From the NCBI GenBank assembly GCA_037189525.1, contig JBBCJC010000002.1, forward strand, positions 96,001 through 160,000: DNA of 64,000 bases, in the 5' to 3' direction. Below the pieces are notes generated by a model, which searched no databases, was not told the DNA's origin, and was given only the letters and a program-made list of their open reading frames with translations. A program made the translations under genes and the position numbers. Shown here piece after piece: positions 20,926 to 29,964 of this stretch. Every line of letters starts with the position of its first letter. The stretch's first letter is position 1. This DNA is from Gemmatimonadales bacterium (lineage in GTDB: Bacteria; Gemmatimonadota; Gemmatimonadetes; Gemmatimonadales; GWC2-71-9).

Positions 20926-22086
20926 TCAGTTCGAACGTTCGTCCAGAATAGCCGATACGACCGCCAGACATCGGTCGATATCGGCCTCGGTATGCGCCAG
21001 CGTCACGAAATTGTAGGCGGTCCGTTTGAACAGTACGCCCCGTCGCGCGGCCTCGATGGCCACCTCCGCACCGACGGCGGGATCGTGCCAGGCGAGGTAA
21101 CACATTTCCGGAATGCCGCGCACCTCAGCTACCAGACCGGGATACCGCGTCGCGATGGTCGCAAGCCCGTCATGGAGGCGCCGACCCAGCCGGCCGAGGA
21201 TCGACGGTAGCCCGACGCGGACAGACTCGTCGAGGGCGGCTCCGCCGGCTGCGAGCGCAACGAACTCCGTAGCCAGCGTCGATGAGATCCAGGTGCGCCC
21301 GACCTGATCCATGACGCTTCGGACCCCTGCGACCGCAGCGAGGGGGAATCCGTTGCCGAGGGCTTTGCCATAGACTGCCAGGTCCGGGACGACTCCCCAG
21401 CGCTCGGCTGCCCCACCCAGCGCGACCCGAAATCCCGTTTTGATTTCGTCGAAGACGAGGACAGCTCCGACCCGAGCCGTTTCGTCTCGAAGGACCCGAA
21501 GCCATTCGACCGACGGAGCCCGATCCACGACCGGCTCGATGACCACCGCTGCCAGGACATCAGCACTCTCCCGGATGAAATGTCGCGCCGCCTCGGCGTC
21601 ATCGAACGGCAAGCGCCGAAAATCACGCTGCACAGCAATCGGAACACCCGCCGCCTCGCTGGTCAGGTCGAGCCATCCGTGATAGCCGACCCCAAGCACC
21701 AGATCGCGCCCGGTGGCAGTGCGCGCCAGCCGCACGGCAGCGGCCACCGCCTCGGCCCCGGTCTTGAGGAAACGGACTCTTTCGAGCCAGGGAATCACCT
21801 CGACCAGCCGCGCGGCCAGCGCTTCCTCATCGTGCGGCGCCAGCGAGCCGACGGCGCCGCGCGAAATAGCTTCCTGCGCAGCTGCTACGACCGTGGGATG
21901 AGCATAGCCGAGCGTAACCGCGCCGAGTGCCGCAATGAAATCGAGATAGGCGCGGCCGTCCTCCGCAAACACCTGGGCCCCCTGACTGCGGACCATCCGG
22001 ACCGGCACATCACCGGGAACCTCTGCTCCATAGAGCACGTCGGGCCGCTTGCTTCCCGTCGAGGTCCCGCCGGCAAGACGCGTCAC
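20926..22086 (-). CDS. class III PLP aminotransferase (glutamate-1-semialdehyde aminomutase-like)
   Basis: LGAVTLGYAHP, FLKTGAEA, GYHGW, FDEIKTGFR, YGKALGNGFP. Start placed at the GTG overlapping the upstream stop (GTGA 22083-22086). Confidence 0.87.
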   Translation of the reverse strand: MTRLAGGTSTGSKRPDVLYGAEVPGDVPVRMVRSQGAQVFAEDGRAYLDFIAALGAVTLGYAHPTVVAAAQEAISRGAVGSLAPHDEEALAARLVEVIPWLERVRFLKTGAEAVAAAVRLARTATGRDLVLGVGYHGWLDLTSEAAGVPIAVQRDFRRLPFDDAEAARHFIRESADVLAAVVIEPVVDRAPSVEWLRVLRDETARVGAVLVFDEIKTGFRVALGGAAERWGVVPDLAVYGKALGNGFPLAAVAGVRSVMDQVGRTWISSTLATEFVALAAGGAALDESVRVGLPSILGRLGRRLHDGLATIATRYPGLVAEVRGIPEMCYLAWHDPAVGAEVAIEAARRGVLFKRTAYNFVTLAHTEADIDRCLAVVSAILDERSN

Positions 22087-24788
22087 GCCAGACTCAACAG
22101 ACCCCACGAGGTGTCCGCGCGGCGGTCTCCACGCAGGTAAATCCATCCCCCCCCGCCGCCCCAGGCCAGCTGCCCTGCGCGCCTGACGCGGTCCTCGCGC
22201 ATCTCGTTGATGCAGACGTCGAACGCAAGGGTGGAACGATCGGGAGCCGGGCTCAGTCCGTCGCAGGGCAGCGCGACGGTCACCACATAGCCGTCGTCGG
22301 TCCGCTCGGATGCGCCCGTCAGTTCAACCAGCTTCGTTGCGGAGCCGGGGATGGAACGCGCGATGACCCCGCCGGTCTCGGTCGGCCGGATCAGATAGGC
22401 CCGCGCCTCTCCGGTCGACGTCCGGTAGTACACCTGGATCCCGTCGGAGTGGATATCGTCCTGCTCATTGTCGAGATCGAGCGGCGGAGCGTCAGCACCT
22501 CGGACTAGAAAGTCCGGCTTAGTGACCACGACTGCGAGATACAAGTGCTGCAGATCCGAGTTCACGTATGCGGTCGCGCTGAACTGCCCGGGGTCCTGAT
22601 AGGGCTCCTCGCTCCGCAGATAGTGCCCCTCATCGCCCATCTCGAGCGGGGCGCTGGTGTCGAAACCGTCCAGCGTGCCGTCGAGCGCCGGTGCGGCATC
22701 GATCTGGATCACATGCCCTTCCGCCCGAAGCGGCCGTTCGGCCATCAATCGCTTTGCCGGCGGCGTGGTAGATACGCTCCCGCCCAACGTGGTACCGCCC
22801 CCTGGAGATTCGATCGTGATCGCACCGGAAGCGAGTCGGATCGTGGTGGCCCCAGCGGGCTCGACCACGACCACACGGTCAGTTCCGACCCGGACTTCCT
22901 GCACCGTACCCTTCAGATCCAGCACTACCGCAAGCCGAGCATTGGCGCCACGAGCCCGAACCAGATAAAACAGCCGCTCCGCCTCACCTGGACGGCCGGG
23001 AGCCTTCGCCCTGACCACTTCGCCCCCGACCAGATGGAGCCGCAAGGTACGATTGCCCTGCGTAGCAGTGATCACGACATCGGTTCCCTTGGCCACGACC
23101 AGCCGCTCCGGGCTCCGCACGAACTCGTGCTGCCATTCGATCGGCTCCCACTGGCCGGGTGTCTCGATCGTGGTATCGCCACTCAGATGCCAGGGCAGCC
23201 AGAGATTCCGCTCCGCCGTTCCCTCCAGGTCGACCAGATCGAGCACCCAGGTCGGACCCGATACCACGGTCCGACGCAGGGAGCCGTACTCGGCCGCAAT
23301 CCAGCCCCAGTCGCCCTTGTCTTCGAATGATGCGCAGCGAGCATCGCCCGGCGGCTGTGACACGCCATCCAGAAACGGCGCGTTATGCGCCAGCGTCGAC
23401 CGATACCAGAACAGGTCTCGCGTCACATACGACCCGGTACCCGGATCGGCCAGCCAGTGCACCCCGTCGGCATGGAGGGTGAGATGAAGCCGGTCCGGAT
23501 GATCATGACCTCCCGCGAACCGGCCGCACTCGAGCCCCAGATAGCGCGAACCGCGCCTGAGCACGGCGACGCCCTGCTGCTGGAGCAATGCGCTGCCGGA
23601 CTCGAGCGCGTCCGGAGCTTCCGGCAGCGCGGGCGCCATACCCCACAACATCCACCACGACAGGTCGGCACGCCCCGTCCCGGCGCGCGCCGGCTCGCCG
23701 GCATCGTGCAGATACGCGTCGTAGGTGAGCGCCGGGCTGTGCGGCAAGCGGTAGAGCGTGGCAATCCAGGCCGGTAGCTCCTCCGGCGCGTCCTCACCAA
23801 GCAGGGCCAGTCCCATCTCCCAGCATTCGAGATATGCCGGATGCGCCAGCGATACCCCGAACCGCGAATCTTTGCGCGCGGGAAAGGTGAAATCGGGCAG
23901 TGCCGTGGCCACCGGCGCCATCAAGGCTCGGCCCAGCTGCCCCCGAAGCCTGGGATCCTCCAGGAGGTCAGCGCCGAGCACCTGCGCCCAGAAGAGTCCG
24001 GTCAGCAAGCCGCGCACGGCAAAGAGATGGTAGTTCTCTCCCTCGGCCCACATCCCGTCGTCACCGAATCCGTCGGTGAGATGGCCCAGAATGCCGGTAC
24101 GACCGGCAATGGCCGACTGGGCCAGGTCTTCGTCTCCGAACCAGGCCGCAATGGCCACGAGAGCGGCGCTGTTCCAGACCTGCCGATTGCTCGTCCCTTC
24201 ATCGAACTCGCCGATCAGCTGCGCGGCTTCATCGGCAATACTCCCGACCGCTTCGATCTCTTCCTCGCTGAGCCAGCCCTTTTCTCTGAGGATGAAGGCC
24301 GCGGCCAGATAGTTGAGGATCCAGATCGACTCGAGATAGGTCGAAAAGAAGAGATGACTCGGCCCCAGGACATTGTCGCGATTGGGAAACGCGTGGTACC
24401 GGTCGAAATAGAACGCGAGTAACTCTCGGGCCCGATCAGCGGCGCGCTCATCGTCCGTAAAGGCGGCGACCGTCGCGAGATGTGCCGCGCGCTCCGCCAC
24501 CCAGAGGTGCTGCGCCCGAGCCCAGTGCGCGTAGTGCCGTTCTCCGGTAGCGACACGACCGGACCCGAAGGCCCGATGCTCGTTCGGACGATAGGGATCG
24601 AACTCGAGTTGCTCGCCGGTTTCCGGATGCACGCCACCCGAGACCGACATCGTCGCCTTGAGGTCCGGCAACGGCGGCAGGCGCTCGATCAGCGGTTCCG
24701 CCCGTTCGGCCAGCCGGGCCAACAGGGCGGCGAGGTCACCGGTCTCGGCCAGGGCGCGGCGCGCCTCGAGGGATTCGATCGTTACCAC
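22083..24788 (-). CDS. heparinase II/III-like (oligo-alginate-lyase-like) protein with C-terminal CBM9/DOMON-like domain
   Basis: SNRQVWN, WAEGENYH, GHDHPDRL, ADPGTGSY, WYRSTLAHN; C-terminal APALDGTLDGF..LYLAVVV..SDGIQVY. Start placed at GTG 24788 (MVTIESL) overlapping the kinase stop. Confidence 0.8.
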   Translation of the reverse strand: MVTIESLEARRALAETGDLAALLARLAERAEPLIERLPPLPDLKATMSVSGGVHPETGEQLEFDPYRPNEHRAFGSGRVATGERHYAHWARAQHLWVAERAAHLATVAAFTDDERAADRARELLAFYFDRYHAFPNRDNVLGPSHLFFSTYLESIWILNYLAAAFILREKGWLSEEEIEAVGSIADEAAQLIGEFDEGTSNRQVWNSAALVAIAAWFGDEDLAQSAIAGRTGILGHLTDGFGDDGMWAEGENYHLFAVRGLLTGLFWAQVLGADLLEDPRLRGQLGRALMAPVATALPDFTFPARKDSRFGVSLAHPAYLECWEMGLALLGEDAPEELPAWIATLYRLPHSPALTYDAYLHDAGEPARAGTGRADLSWWMLWGMAPALPEAPDALESGSALLQQQGVAVLRRGSRYLGLECGRFAGGHDHPDRLHLTLHADGVHWLADPGTGSYVTRDLFWYRSTLAHNAPFLDGVSQPPGDARCASFEDKGDWGWIAAEYGSLRRTVVSGPTWVLDLVDLEGTAERNLWLPWHLSGDTTIETPGQWEPIEWQHEFVRSPERLVVAKGTDVVITATQGNRTLRLHLVGGEVVRAKAPGRPGEAERLFYLVRARGANARLAVVLDLKGTVQEVRVGTDRVVVVEPAGATTIRLASGAITIESPGGGTTLGGSVSTTPPAKRLMAERPLRAEGHVIQIDAAPALDGTLDGFDTSAPLEMGDEGHYLRSEEPYQDPGQFSATAYVNSDLQHLYLAVVVTKPDFLVRGADAPPLDLDNEQDDIHSDGIQVYYRTSTGEARAYLIRPTETGGVIARSIPGSATKLVELTGASERTDDGYVVTVALPCDGLSPAPDRSTLAFDVCINEMREDRVRRAGQLAWGGGGGWIYLRGDRRADTSWGLLSLA

Positions 24789-25771
24789 ACGCGGACTCCT
24801 TCTGATGCCCAGCTGACGGGCAGATAGGCAACATCCCGAACCGAGGCGCGCGCGGATGCGGCTCGCGCCGGGTCGTCGAACACAAAGAACATCGTTCCTC
24901 CCGCACCCGACCCGGCGGCCTTGCCACCCAAAGCTCCCGCCTCTTTCATCGCCTGTTCCAGCGCAGCCATCGACGTGGTGCACATACCGTCATCCAGTTC
25001 CTGCTGCATGGCCCAATTGCGTTCTACCAATCGGGCAATCTCACCCACATCGCCGCGCTCCAGGGCCGGCACGAGGCGGTCGGCCAGATCGACCATCTCA
25101 CGCAGCGCGCCGACGACCCGGGTGTCACCCGCTGCATAACGGGACATCACGCGCGCGATGGTCCGGCCGGATAGCCGGGATTCGTCGGTATGGCACAGCA
25201 GGATCGACTTTGCCAGGTGATCGGCAAATCCGGCCGGCAGCGCGATCGGCGCAGCTGTCACCTCGTCACCGCTGAAAGTCAGGTGATGAAAGCCGCCTAG
25301 GGCCGCCGCAAACTGATCCTGCTTCCCCCCCGGGATGCCCAGCTGCCGTACCTCCAGATCCCAGGCACGATGGGCCAACTCGGTCGCGGAGGGAAAACGG
25401 CCCAGCGCGCGTTCCAGCGCAGCCACCAGCGCCACATCCATGCCGCCGGAGCTGCCCAGGCCCAATCCCGACGGGGCATCGGAGCGGGTCAGCAAGCGGC
25501 AGGGGCCTGGCCGGTACATCCGCACGGCGGCTTTGAGCAGATCGAGATCGCCGTTGGGCGTCAGGGTTGCCATGTTGGGGATCTCGACCGACCGGCCCAT
25601 CTCTTCCGATTCGAGCCGGAAACTCTCGCCGCCGAGTTGCAGCGTGACCTGGGCGCGAAGCTCGATGGCGGCGTTGACCACCGCGCCGCGCTCGTGATCG
25701 GTAAACGGCGCCACATCGGTCCAGCCGCCGGCAAAGTCGAGCCGTACCGGGGCCGAGCTTCGGATCATCAT
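24782..25771 (-). CDS. GHMP-family sugar kinase (HddA/fucokinase-like)
   Basis: APVRLDFAGGWTD, PSGLGLGSSG, GGKQDQ, GGKAAGSGAGG; ATGA overlap with the SBP stop. Confidence 0.88.
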   Translation of the reverse strand: MMIRSSAPVRLDFAGGWTDVAPFTDHERGAVVNAAIELRAQVTLQLGGESFRLESEEMGRSVEIPNMATLTPNGDLDLLKAAVRMYRPGPCRLLTRSDAPSGLGLGSSGGMDVALVAALERALGRFPSATELAHRAWDLEVRQLGIPGGKQDQFAAALGGFHHLTFSGDEVTAAPIALPAGFADHLAKSILLCHTDESRLSGRTIARVMSRYAAGDTRVVGALREMVDLADRLVPALERGDVGEIARLVERNWAMQQELDDGMCTTSMAALEQAMKEAGALGGKAAGSGAGGTMFFVFDDPARAASARASVRDVAYLPVSWASEGVRVW

Positions 25772-27195
25772 CGAATCCGCCATTGCATCAGGGTGGCGAG
25801 TTCACCTCGCAGGTCCATCCGCACTCCGGTAATCCGACGATTCATCCCCTGGACTCCGCGTGCATGATAGAGGAACGTGGCGGGCACCGAATCGCCGTAT
25901 ACGGGCAGCAGCGCGGCGCCGTCTCCCGTCGCGGTCACGCCGGACAGGTCGAGCAGCGATCGAAGGTAGCCCAGTTGCAGATCGCCGGAAATACCCATCA
26001 TGGCGACATCGAAGTCACGCGCGCCCTGGACCCGTTCCAGAAAAGTCGCGAGTTCGAGTTGCCGAATGGTCACCTGGATATGGATGCGACCGAGTTGCTG
26101 CTGAATCAGCTGCTCCAGTGCCGCTTCGCCGCTGCCCACCGTCAACAGTTCGAAACGGAGCGAATCACCGAGCAGCACCCGAGACCGGCCTGGCGCATAC
26201 AGCGCCGGAACCTGGTCCGGCTCGAGTTCCGGAGGCAGCGGCCCGGCCGCCGGACTCGCAAACCCGAAGGTATAGCCCGCCACGATGGCCATCCGATCGA
26301 CGGCCATCGCGATCGCGCGCCGGACTTCGACCCGATCGAAGGGCGCTCGGCGCGCATTGAAGACCAGCGCCTGGCTGAACAGCAGCGGATAGTCCAGCAC
26401 CTCGAGTTGCGGATCCCGCCGGACGAAGTCGGCATGCGCCGGCTGGATGCCGGCAAAATCCAACTCGGTCGAAGCGAGCGCCGCCAGCTTGGTCATCGGT
26501 TCGTCGACCACGGCCACCACCAGCCGGTCGATGCCCGGCCGGCCGCCGAGCGCTGGAGGAAATGCGGGATTGGCCTCGAAGACCCAGCGGCGGTTGGGCT
26601 CATGGCGTACGAAACGGAACGGCCCGTTCCCGACGGGCCACTGATTCCAGTCGGCTCGGCGCATCTCGGCGGGCAGGGTGCCGGACAGCAGATGTTCGGG
26701 TAGGATGGCCAGATCGGTCAGGACATCCGGGATCCGGCGCTGGGGCCGATGGAACTGCAGCGACAGGGTGGTATCATCGAGCGCCACGGCATCGATCAGG
26801 TCGCGGAGATCATTCCGCCGCGGATACCCCGTCGTCGAGTCCTGCGCCACCATGAGCGTAAATGCGGCATCGTTGGCCGTGGTCGGGCGCCCGTCGTGCC
26901 ACTTGAGGTGGGGATAGAGGTACAGCGTCAGGATGGTCCCGCCGGCCGACCACTGCCAGCGCCGGGCCAGGTAGGGTTCGACCGCCATGGCGCTGTCATA
27001 CCGGACCAGGGTGGTCAGCAGCGCGTATCGCTGCACCTGCTTGGCAAAGGGGTGGCTCGTCACCACCGCATTCATGCTCTGGAGGTCGGCGCCGGACGCC
27101 ATGATGACGGTCCCCGGGCGGCGCGACTCCGACGATCCGCACCCCGCGAGGAGCAAGCCCCAAAGGGCAGCCGACAGCAGCAAGCGACTTGGCAC
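25768..27195 (-). CDS. ABC transporter substrate-binding lipoprotein, family 5 (Dpp/Opp type)
   Basis: Lipobox LLAGC, PYLARRW, WHDGRPTTANDAAFT, PVGNGPF, PFDRVEVRRAI. Confidence 0.9.
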   Translation of the reverse strand: MPSRLLLSAALWGLLLAGCGSSESRRPGTVIMASGADLQSMNAVVTSHPFAKQVQRYALLTTLVRYDSAMAVEPYLARRWQWSAGGTILTLYLYPHLKWHDGRPTTANDAAFTLMVAQDSTTGYPRRNDLRDLIDAVALDDTTLSLQFHRPQRRIPDVLTDLAILPEHLLSGTLPAEMRRADWNQWPVGNGPFRFVRHEPNRRWVFEANPAFPPALGGRPGIDRLVVAVVDEPMTKLAALASTELDFAGIQPAHADFVRRDPQLEVLDYPLLFSQALVFNARRAPFDRVEVRRAIAMAVDRMAIVAGYTFGFASPAAGPLPPELEPDQVPALYAPGRSRVLLGDSLRFELLTVGSGEAALEQLIQQQLGRIHIQVTIRQLELATFLERVQGARDFDVAMMGISGDLQLGYLRSLLDLSGVTATGDGAALLPVYGDSVPATFLYHARGVQGMNRRITGVRMDLRGELATLMQWRIR

Positions 27196-27216
27196 GCCTT
27201 GAATTTAGATTCCTTC
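27196..27216. promoter_or_regulatory. putative bidirectional promoter with overlapping -10 hexamers
   Basis: Plus TAGATT (27206-27211) 5 nt before ATG 27217; minus TAAATT (27207-27202) 6 nt before GTG 27195; no SD on either side. Confidence 0.5.
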
Positions 27217-28179
27217 ATGCCGCGAGGCTTCCAGTTCGGCATGATCCGCGCCCCGCTCGTCGTCCTGGGCGTCGTGACGCTGACGTTCGCCCTGCTCAGG
27301 GCCGCGCCGGGAGATCCGGTCGCCTACCTGCTCGGCCCCAACGCGACCCCGGCCGAGTTGGCGGCCGTGCGCAGTGCGATGGGGCTGGATCAACCGATCG
27401 GCGAGCAATACATCCGCTGGATCGGGCGGGCCGTTCGCGCCGATTTCGGGACCAGCCTCGCTACCGGCCGCCCGGTCGGCCGGATGATCTGGGAGGCCTG
27501 GCCGGCCACCGCCATCCTGGTCGGCCTTTCCATCCTGCTCAGCTACCTGATCGGCATTGCCGTCGCGGCCGTCCAGGCCACGACGACACGCCGCGCCGTC
27601 GACGGATTCTGGTCCGGCGTGTCGATCGTGCTGGCCGCGCTGCCCGGCTACTGGCTCGCGTTCGTGCTGATCATGGTCTTTACCTATGCGCTGGGCTGGC
27701 TCCCTGCCTTCGGGGCCGCGGGCCTCGATGCCGATTTTCTGTCGTCCGGTGCGCGCCTGGCCGATCGGCTGAATCATCTGGCCCTGCCGCTTGCCACGCT
27801 GACGCTGATCGGGATCGGCACCACGGCCCGCTATACCCGCGGCACCCTTCGGACCGTCGCGACCGAACCGTATCTCATGCTGGCCCGCGCCAAAGGCGCC
27901 GGATTCTGGCGCGTCTTGTTGCGACACCACCTGCGCAACGGACTGATCCCGGTCGTCACCCTGCTCGGCCTGTCCCTGCCGGCGCTGTTTTCGGGCGCCG
28001 TGTTCGTCGAAGGGGTCTTTGCCTGGCCCGGCATCGGATCGGTCCTGATCCAGGCCGTCCAGGCGCGCGACTATCCGGTCGTCATGGCGGCCACCACGAT
28101 CAGCGCCATCATGGTGGTGCTGGGAAGTGTGGCCGCCGAGGTGCTGCTCCACCGGGTCGACCCGCGAGCCCGATCGTGA
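27217..28179 (+). CDS. ABC transporter permease (DppB-like)
   Basis: APGDP, GLDQPIGEQY, DFGTSL, LARAKGA..HHLRNGLIPVVT, VEGVFAWPGIG, ARDYPVVM. Alternative start 27241. Confidence 0.92.
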   Translation: MPRGFQFGMIRAPLVVLGVVTLTFALLRAAPGDPVAYLLGPNATPAELAAVRSAMGLDQPIGEQYIRWIGRAVRADFGTSLATGRPVGRMIWEAWPATAILVGLSILLSYLIGIAVAAVQATTTRRAVDGFWSGVSIVLAALPGYWLAFVLIMVFTYALGWLPAFGAAGLDADFLSSGARLADRLNHLALPLATLTLIGIGTTARYTRGTLRTVATEPYLMLARAKGAGFWRVLLRHHLRNGLIPVVTLLGLSLPALFSGAVFVEGVFAWPGIGSVLIQAVQARDYPVVMAATTISAIMVVLGSVAAEVLLHRVDPRARS

Positions 28180-29000
28180 CGACGGGCGCCCGGATCGGCA
28201 CGGTCATCCTGGCCGTCTTCGCGGTCGGTGCGCTGCTAGCGCCCTGGCTGGCTCCGGTCGGTCCGTCCGACGTCACCGACGTGGTCGCCACCCGGTTCCT
28301 GGCACCATTGACCATCGACCAGTTCGGCGTCTTTCACTTGCTGGGCACCGACCGGCTCGGCCGCGACGTCTGGAGCCGCCTGGTCTACGGCGCCCGGATT
28401 TCCCTGCTGGTGGCGGCGCTGGCTACGGCAGTGTCGCTGGTGATTGGGATCATCATGGGCGGGCTTGCTGCGTTGTTGCGGGGTTGGCCGGCCAAGCTGG
28501 TCCTGGGCGTGACCGACTTTGCGCTGGCGCTGCCTCGCGTCGTCATTCTCCTGCTCCTCGCGGCTCTCTGGCAGCCCAGTGCCACGTTGGTCGTCGTCAC
28601 CCTCGGCCTGACCGGCTGGATGCCGATTGCCCGGCTGACCTACAGCGAAGCGCTGGTCCAGCTCCAGCGCCCCTATACGGAAGGCGCCCGGGCACTCGGC
28701 GCCAGCCGCGCACGCGTCTTTGCCCGTCACGTCCTTCCGAACGCCGCCTCACCGCTACTGGCCGCCGCCACACTCGGCATCGGCAACGCCATCACGCTCG
28801 AAGCCGGGCTCTCGTTCCTGGGGCTCGGCGTGCAGCCACCGGTCAGTTCGTGGGGGACCCTGATTGCCTCGGGACGGGATACCATCGTCAACGCCCCGTG
28901 GGTTGGGCTGGTGCCCGGAATCGCCCTGGTGACCGTGGTAGTTGCGGCAACCATGGTGGCCAATTGGCTCGAACTGGATCGCACTCGAGCCGCGTCCTAA
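28176..29000 (+). CDS. ABC transporter permease (DppC-like)
   Basis: GTG at 28176 overlaps the upstream TGA; HLLGTDRLGRDVWSRLVYGARISL, EGARALGAS..HVLPN, EAGLSFLGLGVQPP..SWG. Confidence 0.92.
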   Translation: MTTGARIGTVILAVFAVGALLAPWLAPVGPSDVTDVVATRFLAPLTIDQFGVFHLLGTDRLGRDVWSRLVYGARISLLVAALATAVSLVIGIIMGGLAALLRGWPAKLVLGVTDFALALPRVVILLLLAALWQPSATLVVVTLGLTGWMPIARLTYSEALVQLQRPYTEGARALGASRARVFARHVLPNAASPLLAAATLGIGNAITLEAGLSFLGLGVQPPVSSWGTLIASGRDTIVNAPWVGLVPGIALVTVVVAATMVANWLELDRTRAAS

Positions 29001-29107
29001 TTAGGCAGCCTCCGTTGTGTTAGGCTGAAACCCCGAGGCGCCGCAAGCTGCGATCGGCATGCGGTCGGTGTCGAACCCAAGCGAGACATCGCGATCAGTG
29101 TCCGACA

Positions 29108-29461
29108 TCAGGGCGATACGGGCCGCTCGCGAATCCGAACGAGGTCGACGATCGGCCCCACCATCCCGATCGAGACCATGTCATCCCGCTGGCGCCCCTC
29201 CGCTTCAACGGCCTTTCCGTCGACACGAAAGATGGCCGGGAGGTTGGTCGGGTTGTAGTTGGTCCCCTCGGCGCTGCTGATCACGTACAGGCCACCCTCC
29301 AAGTCCAGATGCCGGACCGTTCCGACGATCGTCACGGCCTGTCCGGTACCGTCCGGTGGCGGATCGATCACCACCCACTCCGCCAAGGGTGGCTTGGCAC
29401 TGCAGCCAGCTATCAGAGCCGCCATCGCGAGGGCGGCGATGCCCATCCGGATCTGCTGCAT
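29108..29461 (-). CDS. hypothetical lipoprotein
   Basis: MQQIRMGIAALAMAALIAGC lipobox; GTVRHLDLEGG..YNPTNLP; AAAGGA upstream. Confidence 0.72.
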   Translation of the reverse strand: MQQIRMGIAALAMAALIAGCSAKPPLAEWVVIDPPPDGTGQAVTIVGTVRHLDLEGGLYVISSAEGTNYNPTNLPAIFRVDGKAVEAEGRQRDDMVSIGMVGPIVDLVRIRERPVSP

Positions 29462-29478
29462 CGTAGGTTCGATCCTTT

Positions 29479-29931
29479 CTATCGATTCGGCGGATGCGCA
29501 CCGGCGCCGGCCCACGGCGGTTGGTCCGCAGGCACCAGGCGCATTTCGACCGGCTCCCCGGGATTGTGCATCCTGATCCGGAATTCGTCGTGCGAGAGGC
29601 CCAGCACGTCCGTCGGATAGTCGATCCCCTCTTCGACGATGATCAGACGATGCCCGTCCAACCGCCACTGCCCGAACGCCGGCGTGGCATTCGCCGAGGT
29701 CATGACCAAGGTGCCGTCACCGAGAAATACCCGTACCGAGCCAAGTGCCACCTGCTTCGACTCGGCCACCTGCCAGACCCGATTGATGAAGGAGGGCGAC
29801 CCGGCGGGCTGAGTGGTCGGCGCAGCCGCAGCAACCGACCGGTCGATTTCCTGATCGGGCGTCCCGGCTGCGGAGCAACCGAAAGCGCCGGATAGAACGA
29901 TCAGCATGCAACCCGTCGGGACAATACGCAT
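29479..29931 (-). CDS. hypothetical lipoprotein
   Basis: GGAG RBS, AFGC lipobox-like, small beta-rich domain. Confidence 0.7.
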   Translation of the reverse strand: MRIVPTGCMLIVLSGAFGCSAAGTPDQEIDRSVAAAAPTTQPAGSPSFINRVWQVAESKQVALGSVRVFLGDGTLVMTSANATPAFGQWRLDGHRLIIVEEGIDYPTDVLGLSHDEFRIRMHNPGEPVEMRLVPADQPPWAGAGAHPPNR

Positions 29932-29964
29932 CAGATCACTCCAGTGCCGGTCTGCCTGCAGGCC

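Noticed and set aside
20926..22086. Calling the aminotransferase hemL
   Set aside because: GSA-aminomutase-like but shorter, lacks recognisable HemL N-terminal motifs (e.g. PGGVNSPVR), and sits in a sugar-related operon.
27189..29000. 603-aa ORF suggesting a fused permease
   Set aside because: The N-terminal part is an off-frame overlap of dppB; the DppC-like sequence starts at GTG 28176.
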